From the NCBI RefSeq assembly GCF_006345805.1, contig NC_042998.1, forward strand, positions 195,114,001 through 195,178,000: 64,000 bases of DNA. Reading direction: 5' to 3'. Below, in pieces: positions 24,382 through 36,324 of this stretch. The position numbers and the translations under genes were made by a program. The stretch's first letter is position 1. Each line of letters begins with the position of its first letter. The notes under the pieces are model-generated. The model worked only from the letters and a program-made list of their open reading frames with translations, had not been told where the DNA came from and searched no databases. The stretch is from Octopus sinensis (Eukaryota).

Positions 24382-24777
24382 CTAGCAGTATCGCCCGGCG
24401 TTGCTCGGGTTTGTAAGGGAAATAACTATATAAGCATTTTTGGAGAGTTATAGCCAAAAAATAGCAAAAAATGCATTAAAAATGAAAAAAAACGAGGGTA
24501 AATTTTTTTAAAAATCGTTGACTCATCGTAGACATTTTTAGAGAGTTACTTCCCTTATATAATAGCGCAAAAAATGCATTAAAATGGAAAAAAATTATGG
24601 TAAATTTTTTTTAAATCGTAGACTCATCGTAGACGCGCGCTAATACCCAGAAGGGCTCGATATGAATCACGACTATAAGATACCCAGTTTTGGTTAAACT
24701 GCACCGCAAAATGTGGGAGTAGTTAGGAATCTAAATCGTAGGATACAGACACAAAACCTCTCTTTTATATATAAAGA
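24382..24777 (-). mobile_element. Non-autonomous Helitron, short subfamily
   Basis: Reverse complement of the 9451 copy; TC...hairpin-CTAG ends at an A|T site. Confidence 0.8.
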
Positions 24778-26249
24778 TGATATTACTTACAATATAAGGT
24801 AAATGAGATGACTTAATATAGTTGTAGAAGTATCAGTGATTGGAAAGAACTGGAAGAACATCACACTACATGCTTAACACTTGTTAACTTGGCTCTTCTC
24901 TCTTCTGAATGTTAATGTAGCAAGTGGCCAAAATTATCTTTACCCAAACTTATTCTAGAACTATGCTACGTTCATTATGAAAATAGCCATTTGTACCTTG
25001 TTCAAAGAAATTCCTTTTACAAAGTACCAGAAAGAAGATGAATTTGACACATGCTGTATTGAGCTGAACTAAATATACTGCATTATTTGGTTTTGTTCTC
25101 TTCATTTCAAGCCGTAGAAACATTGCCAGATCAGACTGGGCCTCGTGCAGCCTTCTGGCTTCCCAGACCCCAGTTGAACCGTCCAACCCATGCTAGCATG
25201 GAAAGCAGACGCTAAATGATGATGATGATGATTTCAAGTTCAAATCCTGCTTAAGTTTAAATTTACCATTTGTTCATCTAGTAATTACTAGTAATACACC
25301 AAGTCCACTCAGCTGACTAAACAGCCCTCCTTGAATCAAACATTCGGCTTGATACCTTGTCTAAGGAAATCGGTATTTGAAAATAAGGAAAAAGACTCCA
25401 GTAAAGTAAGCTGGCAGGCCCAAAAATCTGATTAAGGACTTGTCTTCCTTGATGGCAGGATTAAATTTAGCTTTAATTTCTGAGAATTGATTAAATAAAT
25501 AAATCTTTTATTTGTGATCTGGTTTTGTACTCTGTGTCTCCAACAAAAACTGACCACATGCCTAATGATCAGCATCTTTCATTTGTGATCTGGTTTTCTT
25601 TCATTCATTTCAATGTACGATTGTGGTCACCCTCTGGCTTTATTATGAACAAATTCTATAAGCTAAACTGAAATCAATGTAGAAAACACTATAAATTGAA
25701 AAGCCGTAAAATAAAAGGCAACAGTTTAAAATTTTTATGTAGTTTCTCCTCTTTAAAGTGGTTTTGTTGGAACACAACAGCCTCTCTGAGAATTGTGGTG
25801 GAAAGTATTTCTCAGTGGAATCTGGTTGCAAGACTATTATAGGTACAAATACAAAATTAATAACAGTAAGCTACCCAATAACTGAAATATAATATTTGAG
25901 TGTCCCCTTCATAACTGATGCATTTCTCAGAGTACAAAACTCCCAGACACATGAACAAGGCTACTGATTTCTGATTTCTGATTTTAGCTCAGTTCCTCAT
26001 GAAGAGCAGATTGGAGAAAGAAGTTAACTCCTTAATCTTAGTTTCATTTCTTTACCACTGTAATTTAAACATCAGTAATATGTAAAAAAAAAACAGACAA
26101 ACAAAAAACAAAAAAATATAATATTATGATAATGATAATAGAAACAAACAATAATAATGATGATCATGATGATGACAATGATGATGATCGTAATAATGAT
26201 AATAATAGCAATAACAATAATGATAACATTAAAAGCAACAACAACAACG

Positions 26250-26323
<74 letters not shown>

Positions 26324-26535
26324 TTTTAACATCTTTTTTTTTATCTTGCATGTCACTTGTTATGATCCTTTGTCATCTTTTCCATAATAATCAAATATTA
26401 ATGATAATTATAATAATAACAATAATAACAGTCATGACTATAAAACATCATCATCATCATTGTTATTCTCCAATTGGCCATACTACTACTAAAGAGAGAC
26501 TAACATATTTTGACTAACATTTTTCTTTTATTCAG

Positions 26536-26778
26536 CAAAATGAAAATGCATATGATACTGCATCTTATGGAAGAGGTTCTGCATACGATGGAGGAATGCT
26601 CCCACAATATCCTGCAAGTAACAGTGGGAGTGTTCATCAAGAAAGACTCCAAACGCCTTACTCTAGGAGTCTTGGTGATGTGAGTGAACAGCCGGCAGAA
26701 CTAATTTCACCATATTCCCATGATGGTAGCGGCAAAAGGTTTGCCCCTTATGTTCAAGAATATCCCCATGGAAGTAGT
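26536..26778 (+). CDS. Gene A exon (243 nt) QNENAYDTASYGRGSAYDGGMLPQY...EYPHGSS
   Basis: TTGACTAAC branch point, TTTTATTCAG acceptor, GTAAGT donor, phase 0-0, Tyr/Ser/Gly-rich. Confidence 0.85.
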
Positions 26779-27664
26779 GTAAGTCTCATTTCCAACAACA
26801 AAATTCTTTATTGTTTAGGAAGAAGGAGGAGGAGGAGGAGAAGGAAGAGGAGGAGGAGAAGGAAGAGGAGGAGCATTAAATTCAATTCTGCTTGTAGAAA
26901 ACCAGATTGTTTGATGACATCTATTTCCTGGTTCAAACTGAGACAGTCAATTTTGCTCTTTTATTTCTTCTTGTGCAACTCATTGGTATAAGTACCTGTA
27001 ATATAATACAATAAGATCAATCAACTACACTTATTCCTTTTAGTAAAAATGGATTAGTAAACCCATAGAGGAATATAAGACCAAACCAAACTTGGATAGA
27101 TGTGAAATGCAGTTCCTTGGTCAACATGTTTTTGCTAATTCTTTATTGTGCCAGTAAGGATGTGATATGAGAGTGATTTACCTACTGTTTCTAGTAGGTT
27201 AAGCAATTGCATAGAAGCTCAAGTTCATTCCATGTAATCAATGTTGAGACAGGCAGTGTTCTTGTCATTACCTGCCTCTTTGTAATGCCTGCATGAATTG
27301 AAGCATGAACTGTGATTTTAAGTCTACTGGTTGTCATCTCAGGAGTATCAAAAGAAAAGAAACAGAGAAAGTTTTTTTTTTTTGCTTTAGAATGAATATT
27401 TTCAGCATTTTATTTTTGGTTACACTTATTTTCTCACTGTTATTGTGTTGCCCTGATTGGGTCTACAAGAATATGTCTAAGGTACAGAGATGGCCAAGAG
27501 CAGAAAGTGCTTAATGAGTGGTTCTAAATCTGACCATCTTGTTTATTGTGGGTTCTTATTGTTTTATGACAATGATGGTGATCTTAATATGAAAGAACGA
27601 TGAACAGCCTTAATTGATTTTCAAACCTTATTGGGTTCTCACCAGAGTTCTACATCAATCTGGT

Positions 27665-28044
27665 GGAGGCGCAATGGCCCAGTGGTTAGGGCAGCGGACT
27701 CGCGGACGTAGGATCGCGGTTTCGATTCCCAGACCGGGCGTTGTGAGTGTTTATTGAGTGAAAATGCCTAAAAGCTCCACGAGGCTCTGGCAGGGGATGG
27801 TGGTGATCCCTGCTGTACTCTTTCACCACAACTTTCTCTCACTCTTACTTCCTGTTTCTGTTGTACCTGTATTTCAAAGGGCCGGCCTTGTCACTCTCTG
27901 TGTCACGCTGATTATCCCCGAGAACTACGTTAAGGGTACATGTGTCTGTGGAGTGCTCAGCCACTTACACGTTAATTTCACGAGCAGGCTGTTCCGTTGA
28001 TCGGATCAACCGGAACCCTTGTCGTCGTAACCGACAGAGTGCTT
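27665..28044 (+). mobile_element. tRNA-derived SINE family B; copy at 23440-23818; same head with a different tail at 10588-10873(-)
   Basis: Head TGGCCCAGTGGTTAGGGCAGCGGACTCGC...GTTTCGATTCCC is tRNA-Arg-like; resembles the octopus OR-type SINEs. Confidence 0.8.
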
Positions 28045-28278
28045 CCATCCCCACATCAATCTGACCAATTCCAGGGAAACAAACAGCTGATCTGTTTATA
28101 TAGACAACAATTGCAGTAGCTGGAAGCTATCTGTGTTTTAATGGAATAGTTACATTGATGAAAGAATATTTATTGATTACAGCATTAAATCGATAAAAAA
28201 ATATTCACATTTTCTCTCTATGCTTGTGAATATTCTTCAACTATGACTAATATTGTTACATTCTGTTGGCAAATACAG

Positions 28279-28302
28279 GAGACGAGTATGAATTCATTAT
28301 GT
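28279..28302 (+). CDS. Candidate 24-nt cassette microexon ETSMNSLC of gene A
   Basis: TGACTAAT branch point about 30 nt upstream, TACAG acceptor, GTGAGT donor, phase 0-0; not required to keep the frame. Confidence 0.5.
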
Positions 28303-29089
28303 GTGAGTAGGATGGTAGTGCATGGCTTCGTATAAAACACCAATTTAATATGAATATGATGCTTGATCAAACTATGACACTAACACCAATCTGAACAGCT
28401 TAATTTCTCAGGACAGTTCTTGTGAAACAAATTTCTGAGCAAAGCTATTCCAGCCGTTACCATTCTATTTTTTTGTTCTTGATATTGTATCAGGACTACA
28501 TTGTCTAATGTGGTCTTCCTTTTTTTAAAGATAGTAAGGATGTGATATGAGAGTGATTTGCCTGCTGTTTCTAGCAGGCTAAGCAATTGCATAGAAGCCC
28601 AGGTTCATTCCATGTAATCAATGTTGAGACAGGCAATGTTCTTGTCATTACCTGCCTCTTTGTAATGCCTGCATGAATTGAAGCATGATCTATGATTTTA
28701 AGTTCCAAGCATATGTGAGTCTCCCATGTCCATTGGTCATTCTACCAATGCATTTAATGATTAATCTATATCAGTCTAGAATTGTCCATGTTATGGTGGT
28801 CATTCTATACATAGTTTTAAAAGACAAAATGTCTCCATCACAGATGAATAGCTATATGATGCCAACACCATAAATAGTTCTGGTTTAGAATGGTCTTTGT
28901 TTTTTAGTATGTTTTCATAAGCCTCCCTCAGATCCTTACTATTTTCCAACAATAGAATAATTATCAGCTGAAGTGAGTATTTGATATTGTATTGACACTC
29001 TGGTAACTCGCTCCATGTGTACATACCTGCTTAGCTTCCATGACTTTGAAGCTTTCGGTATCAACAGCTCTGTTATAAGGATAAATTAT

Positions 29090-29340
29090 AACACAAGTAT
29101 CAAGTTATGATATGAAGATAATTTGTGACACAAAGGTAAGTTGTGACAGGAAGGGTAAGTTATGACATGATGGTTAAGTTGTTACACTAATGGTAAGTTG
29201 TGACACTGAGGATAAGTTGTGATACTGTTGGTAAGTTGTGACAGCAGGGATAAGCTGTAACATTGTTGGCAACTTGTGACACTATCGGTAAGTTGTGATA
29301 TGATGGTTATATTTACATTGTTGGTGTGTTGTGACATTGA
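29090..29340. repeat. Degenerate 22-bp tandem repeat
   Basis: Recurrent GGTAAGTTGTGACAC. Confidence 0.7.
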
Positions 29341-30619
29341 GGTTGTTTTCTTTTAAGGTTTGATCATAAGAAGGTTGTTTTTTTAAGTTTTAATCATGAG
29401 AAGAAAGGCACCATCCACGATCATCAGTAGAGCTTCTTAAGCATGTGTAAGACAATTAATCTGAGATCAAAGACCAGGTGCAAATGTCTGTAGCAAATTG
29501 GACTTTATTAAAGATGCTCAATGGCCAGGTGGTAATGTTAAAGTGTGCAATGGATTATTTTATCACCCAAGAACAGGAACAAATACTGCAATCAAAGTTT
29601 TTCCACATTTGAATGTACATGAATGTACACACACACACACACACATCATACATCATACATTGTATTGGAAACATGGTGGTGTTTTAGTTTTCTTAATTTT
29701 GAGTTCTTGGCAATTTTTTTCAACGGCAGAATATCTATCATCAATATAATGATGGAAATGAAAATTTTAAATAAACTGCAAGAATTCATGATGAAAGCAA
29801 AGCAACTTTGAAATGGTATGCTTTCAATATGCCAGAAAGATATTCCCTGTGTTTGTGTGTGTGTGTGTATGCATGTGTATGTACATGGAGATAGTTATAT
29901 ATATATATATATATGCATGTGTGTGCACACGTGTGTGCGTGTGCTTAAAATTTTTTAATTCCAGATTGACAAAGCTTAATACATGCCTGCAAATGGAAAT
30001 TCGTGGTTTACATAAATGATGGTAGTTCTTACTGGACTATAAATGACTTCATCAATGTTTGTTACTGATGAAGTATAACCATGCAGAAATACATGACTTA
30101 AAGTCTGATGATGTAATTTAGAGCCCAGCTTAATGGCTTAATATATTATTTTACATACACAGTCTATAAGGAGAATATCTTCAAGACAAATACTGCAATC
30201 AAAGTTTTTCCACATTTGAATGTACATGAATGTGTTAAGTGTAAATGTAGACAGCTTCATTTTAATCATCTCTGCTTAGTGGGATTAAATTAATTTCCTC
30301 TTAAAGTTTAGCAAATGTATTTTTTGGTATTTTCATACAAGATCAGCAGTATTTACTGAGCGGTGAATAGCTGAATAAGTGCCCATAACTGATGAGGTAC
30401 AACTGTGCAGAAACATGTTCTACAGTTCATTGTCATTAATGAGAAGAACTCAGCTCCATATTGCTTTTGCATTATATAGTCTATAAGGAAAATGCCTTCT
30501 CTGAGATAATTATTGCAACAAAAGTCTTCTTATGCTTCAGTGCACATGAGCATGTTAAATATAAATGTACATAACATTACACACACACACACACATGATG
30601 TGTTTGCTTCCATATAAAA

Positions 30620-31295
30620 AATAATAATGAAATTATTGTATACAGTGCTCAGGTGCACCACAACTTGTCAAAAGTGCATATAAAGCATATGCAGTAATGT
30701 ACAAATGTCTGGAAAGTGAACAGTGTATGAGTCAGATACATGCTTGCGAGTGTATGGAGGGGATAAAATCAGGTGTAGTGTTGGCGAATCTCAGGAAGCA
30801 TGGAAGTTTTGAAGGATGCAGTGCTCCAACAACTAACAACTGATGCCGGCATCAGTTTGTTCCATGCTTCAGCAACTCTTAGCGTGAAAAAATGTTTCCG
30901 AAAGTCATAGAAGGAGCTGTGCTGTTTTCTGACTTTGTAAACATGTCCATGGGTGTTAGACAGGTGGAGTTTGAAAAGGTGCTCAGAGTTATTGTTTGTA
31001 AGATGGTTAATAATTTTATGGGTGTCTGCCAAATCAGCTGCCAGACGTTGGAGTTTCAATGTATCCATGCTTAGGGAAGTAAGGCGTTCAGAATATGGCA
31101 AATACCTGATGGAGGGTATTCTCTTGGTTGCACGTCGCTGAATGGCTTCCAGACAATTAATATCCTGGGCAAGATACAGGTTCCAGACCGGTGATGCAAA
31201 TTCCAGGTGAGGTCGCACCATAGTAGACATGTCCACCGGTGTTAGACAGGTGGAGTTTGAAAAGGTGCCAGGGTTATTGTTTGTAAGATGGTTGA
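30620..31295 (-). mobile_element. CR1-clade LINE 3' fragment
   Basis: ORF 30769-31236 MVRPHLEFASPVWN...QRRATK...AWNKL is typical of the CR1 ORF2 end. Confidence 0.9.
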
Positions 31296-31431
31296 TAATA
31301 ATTCCACTTTGTTTCTCAGAGTCTCCATCAATTTGGTGCTGTGCAGTATTTATTGCTATGTAATGTAACTTAACTGTTTGTGCTTCCTTCGTAAAAGTAA
31401 AACATTAATATTATTCTTTCTATTCCTTCAG

Positions 31432-31782
31432 AATAATCTGACACCGGAACCAAGCCCCAACACATTTGATTTTCATGATGAAACGGTATCCTCTGATCCG
31501 GATGACATGCCACTTTATTCAGTTGTTAACAAACATCCTGATCCAACCCCAGAATTTCCTGATACCATAGAGGAGCCTGAACCGACCCCTTCAGATGCAT
31601 TTTCAGATCCAGAGCCTGTTATTACAACGTCTATCGCAGATCCAGTTGAAGAACCACAAATTGAATGTGAAATAGAGCCTGATGTTGAACCAGAGCCATT
31701 CCAGAATCCAGATTATATTCCTCCACCACCACCACCTGAAGACGAACCTGTTATTGTAACAGAACTAGATGAAGCTAGATAA
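31432..31782 (+). CDS. Gene A terminal coding exon, acidic and Pro-rich (NNLTPEPSP...PPPPPPEDEPVIVTELDEAR*)
   Basis: TTCCTTCAG acceptor, phase 0, open to TAA at 31780-31782. Confidence 0.85.
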   Translation, partial: NNLTPEPSPNTFDFHDETVSSDPDDMPLYSVVNKHPDPTPEFPDTIEEPEPTPSDAFSDPEPVITTSIADPVEEPQIECEIEPDVEPEPFQNPDYIPPPPPPEDEPVIVTELDEAR

Positions 31783-31859
31783 TATGGCGTTACTCTCTGG
31801 TTAAGCTTTCGTGATATTAGTCATTCATGTAACAATGATGATGACGATGACGATCATCA

Positions 31860-32001
31860 TCATAATAATAATAATAATAATCAATAATAATAATAAAAAT
31901 AATCAATAATAATAATAATCAATAATAATAATAATAAAAATAATCAATAATAATAATAATAATAATAATGATCAATAATAATAATAATAATAATAATGAT
32001 C

Positions 32002-32034
<33 letters not shown>

Positions 32035-32470
32035 TAATAATAATAATAATAATAATCAATAATAATAATAAAATAATAATATAATAAAAATAATCAATAA
32101 TAATAATAATAAATAATAATCAATAATAATAATAATAATATATAATAATCATAATAATAATAATAATAATATAATAATAATAATCAATAATAATAATAAT
32201 AAAATAATAATCAATAATAATAATAAAAATAATATAAAAATAATAATAATCATAATAATAATAAAAATAATCAATAATAATAATAATAATAATAATGATC
32301 AATAATAATAATAATAATAATAATAATCAATAATAATAATAATAATAATCAATAATAATAATAATAAAAATAATAATCAATAATAATAATAATAAAAATA
32401 ATAATAATCAATAATAATCAATAATAATAATAATAATAATAATAATGATCAATAATAATAATAATAATCA
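31860..32470. repeat. (AAT)n microsatellite, about 610 bp, just after the gene A stop codon
   Basis: Directly visible; other AAT/ATT tracts at 1170-1332 and 26120-26322. Confidence 0.95.
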
Positions 32471-32820
32471 ATACCAGCAGATGACAACGTGTCTCTAAAA
32501 GAAATGGAGAAACTTCCAAAATACAAAGACCTGGAAATAGAGGTAACTTGAATGTGGAATCTAAAAACAGAAACAATTCCTATCATAGTAGGCGCACTAG
32601 GTATGATAAAAAATATTCAGACATAACAAAAACACCAGGACTTACAAACACATATAACATACAGAAAATTGCACTACTGGGCACTGCCCACTTTCTATGC
32701 AGAACACTTTCAATACAGTAACCATCAGAGCATCACAACAAACCGCAGCACATACCCAAGGCACACAGAGCTGCGCTCGGTAGTGAAGTGAAAGCACGCT
32801 ATAAAAATAAAACTACTGAC
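32471..32820 (+). mobile_element. R4/Dong-like LINE 3' fragment in (TAA)n
   Basis: IPADDNVSLKEMEKL/KYKDLEIEV...IPIIVGALGMIKK; inserted in an AAT array and ends in TAATAA. Confidence 0.7.
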
Positions 32821-34163
32821 TAATAATAATAATAAATCAGTAAACAAGTGTCACCTTAGTCTACTGGCTGAGGGCAGCTGACACTTTTCATCATACCCAG
32901 CAAAATAAAAGATTTCCATGATGTAATAATAATAATAATAATTGTTTAATTTCTTGTTCAATTTTTTTCATGAAACCATGACATCATCATCATCATCATC
33001 ATCCTCATCATCATTTAATTTCCATTTTCCATGCTGGCATGTGCTGGATTGTTTGATGGGAGTTGGCAAGCCAGAAGACTGTGTCAAGCTGTATCGTCTG
33101 CCTTGGTGTGTTTTCTATCACTGGATGCCCTTCCTAATGCCACCTATTGTCAAGTGTACTGGTTTCTTTTTTTTTTAACATGGCACCAGCAACAGTGAGG
33201 TGACCAAATAACTCACAAGACAAGACCTCTCACCTGAGGTGGAGAATAGTATTGAAGGAGTCGGCTTTGTACCTATTTCTTTACTACCCACAAGGGGCTA
33301 AACACAGAGGGGACAAACAAGGACAGACAAACGGATGAAGTCGCTTATATCGACCCCAGTGCATAACTGGTACTTATTTAATTGACCCTGAAAGGATGAA
33401 AGGCAAAGTCGACCTTGGCGGAATTTGAACTCAGAACATATTCTTAGCTTAGCTTATATATATATAAACATGAATGTTTGTATCTATGCCTTTTCTCTCC
33501 TTTATCCAGTAGAAACTGCTTGGTGTCTAGCTTACTCCCACTTTTTTCTTGTTGCTTGCTCCTGACAGTGAGAGGATCTGGAGGAAATAATTATTCAGTG
33601 AGTTGTAACACTTGTATAATTGGACAAGCGCAGGAGCCCTCAGCCTGTAGACAAATATTCACACAAACTTTGTTCTTTTTGGATGCTGAAAACTGTCTCC
33701 CAGCTCTTCGTATCAAGTCTACAACTTTAGAGCAGCCACAATCAATGTAAGCTCAATGAAAGATAGGTTGGGTAAAGTTGTTGAAATGCTAGGACGGAGG
33801 TGTGTAAACATATGCAGCATGCAAGAGGTAAGATGGAGGAGTGCCTCAGCCAAACTCTTCACACAGCAAAGGAACAAAGGTATGAATTCTTTTGACAACA
33901 GTGACAGTGTTGGAGGTGCAGGTATACTTTTGGAAGAGAAATGAGCTGATAAAGTGATTGAGGTAGTCAGAATATGTGATAGGGTAGTTAAGCTTAGATT
34001 TTTTTGAAAAATACATCAACATTATTTCTGCTTATGCTCTTCAATCTGATAATGAGTGTGCATGTGTGTGTGTGTAAGTGTGTGCATGTGTGTATATTTA
34101 TATGTATATAGTATAAAAATAAAGTAAAAGACGAAGACAGGATTACAAACTCTTCAGTTTCCA

Positions 34164-34169
34164 TTTATT
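34164..34169 (-). terminator. Candidate AATAAA polyadenylation signal of XPR1
   Basis: AATAAA on the minus strand about 200 nt after the stop codon, followed by a T/GT-rich stretch. Confidence 0.45.
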
Positions 34170-34364
34170 AAACAAATATTTCATATAAACTATTCTTTCA
34201 CCCGTTAAGTTAGTCAGATATGTTAAAAAAATATCATCCAATTTTTAGACTTGTCTGTCGTATATCAACCATGTATATGTATAACTATGTAAATGTGTGT
34301 TGTTGTATTTCCTGCAATCTTTGATATAGTGGTCACAAGGGTCATGTCAGAAAAGATGGAACTT

Positions 34365-34416
34365 TTAGTCATTATCATCTTCATAATTCACCCAAATCTT
34401 TGGATCTTTGCGATTT
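34365..34416 (-). CDS. XPR1: XPR1 terminal exon (R)NRKDPKIWVNYEDDND*
   Basis: TTTCAG acceptor, phase 2, acidic C-terminus like other XPR1s, TAA stop. Confidence 0.8.
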
Positions 34417-35462
34417 CTGAAATATAAAAATCAAAAACAACATCAATATCATAACAAACAGATTTGTGTGGCTGGTTACAATGTTATTATCTACTCCTCT
34501 AAACTTTCTTCGTGTGTGAGTGTATAATGGCTTCTATTTGATGGAAGAAATTAGAGGCTTATGAACCCACTTCTCACTTCACATGAGTTTTGTGACAACT
34601 GTCACACTTGCAGGTGCATGATTCCTCCGCTTCATAAATGAGTAGTTTATGGCCTTTATAAGTAAATAGAGACTTTCACTTACTGAGTAGCTTATGATCT
34701 GCTCACTTTAGGGGCAAGTAGTTTTTGATATCAGTTTAAAGGTGAGCTGTACAAGGCCTCCACAACACTAAAAGCAGCCTACATTCATGGGTGAATGGAT
34801 TATGCTGGTTTTATGTGTAAGTGGTGTATTACTACCCATTACATGGGTGAATGAATCATGAAATTCAGTTGATGGTTGAGAAATTAATAACAAGAAAAAT
34901 GTAAGTATTAAAAATATTTATTCAACCATCTCATAATTAAATGCCTAAATTGGTAAACCCATCTCACCTCTGATTGCGAAAAAAAAAAAAAAAGGCTTTC
35001 TTTGTTAGAGTCATAAATCTCTAAAAAGATTTATACAATTTCCATAACTGTTAAACAATCTTGTGCTTTGGTTTCTGTAGTTGCTTTAGGGCAAGTAGAG
35101 TAAGTATATGTTGTTCAAGAGTGGAACATTCTAACAATGTCTATGGCTAGTATAAATCAAACATGTATTCCTAGCAGTTCAAATCATCTACATAGAAGTT
35201 CTTCAACAAAATGTTGCAGTATAATCTCAAATCAATCCTGAACCAACACCCTAATGATTACAGGTATTTTGGCCATGTCTCCCATCATTTAAGGGTACCT
35301 AAGATTACATTAACTAATGTGTTCTGCCATTATTTTAAGCATTTCAGATGTTATTTGGGGGGAGATGATTTGGCTGTTATTTCTAACAGTTTGAGTGACA
35401 AAGGAGTTGTTTCTTCATTGGCTCATTCATAAACTTTGAAATAATAAAGCAAGAGAACATAC

Positions 35463-35645
35463 CGTTCCATGAACCTGTCTCGATACTTTCGTGGCCCTAG
35501 CCCGTCTGGGTCATCCATCATTTCCATCAATAAGGCTTGATCATTCGATTCAATTGGGGCAATAGAAATGTCCCGCACAGCTCGGAACTGACCACAGTTA
35601 TTCAGGTGCTCATTCTCCAGACGGAAGTAGTTCCAAATGAATCTT
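35463..35645 (-). CDS. XPR1: XPR1 exon (RFIWNYFRLENEHLNNCGQFRAVRDISIAP...)
   Basis: Signature WNxFRLENEHLNNCGxFRAVRDI; phase 2-2. Confidence 0.97.
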
Positions 35646-36324
35646 CTGTAAAATGGAAAAGGGGGGTAGATATGAGAACATACAACGGCAGCACAGGGAA
35701 TGCATACAATGAGCTTCTCTGCCCTAGGTGTACGGAAAACACTCGGCGAGAAATGGAAGAAAATTTGAAGACAGAAGGAAAAAATAATAATAATAATGAT
35801 AATAATAATATTGATGATGATAATAATAATAATAATAATAATAATTTATGCATATTGCATAAAGTACTGTCTGTCTGAGATCCTTGTTGTAACTTGACAA
35901 ACAGTACAAACCCCCGGTAGACACAATATCTTCAATCAACAACCTCACGATATTGTATACTGTGCAATGTTTACAATAATAATAATAATAATGGAATGGT
36001 TGTATACTGTCAATCTAACACGAACGTGACAGTAGGCAGGTACACCACCGCTGTTTAGCCCTAGGAAGCATTGACGCCTCCTGATGGCTTTGACACATTT
36101 TTCCTGTGTCCTTATATACATTTACAAAGGGGAGACAAATACCCCCAGCCACCCGGGCTGCATCTAGGGACATGTGTTTCAGGATGATTGTCCATCGTTG
36201 GCCTAATAATAATAATAATAATAATAACTAGCTGGACAAGTGAAAAATTCACAGGAAACATACAAAATGTATTTGTTTTTTGATTTGGTTTGCAAGATTC
36301 TTTATATGAGTTCGTGTGTTGAAG

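Noticed and set aside
27665-27740. tRNA-Arg gene
   Set aside because: The tRNA-like head continues into a multi-copy SINE body and lacks a proper acceptor stem.
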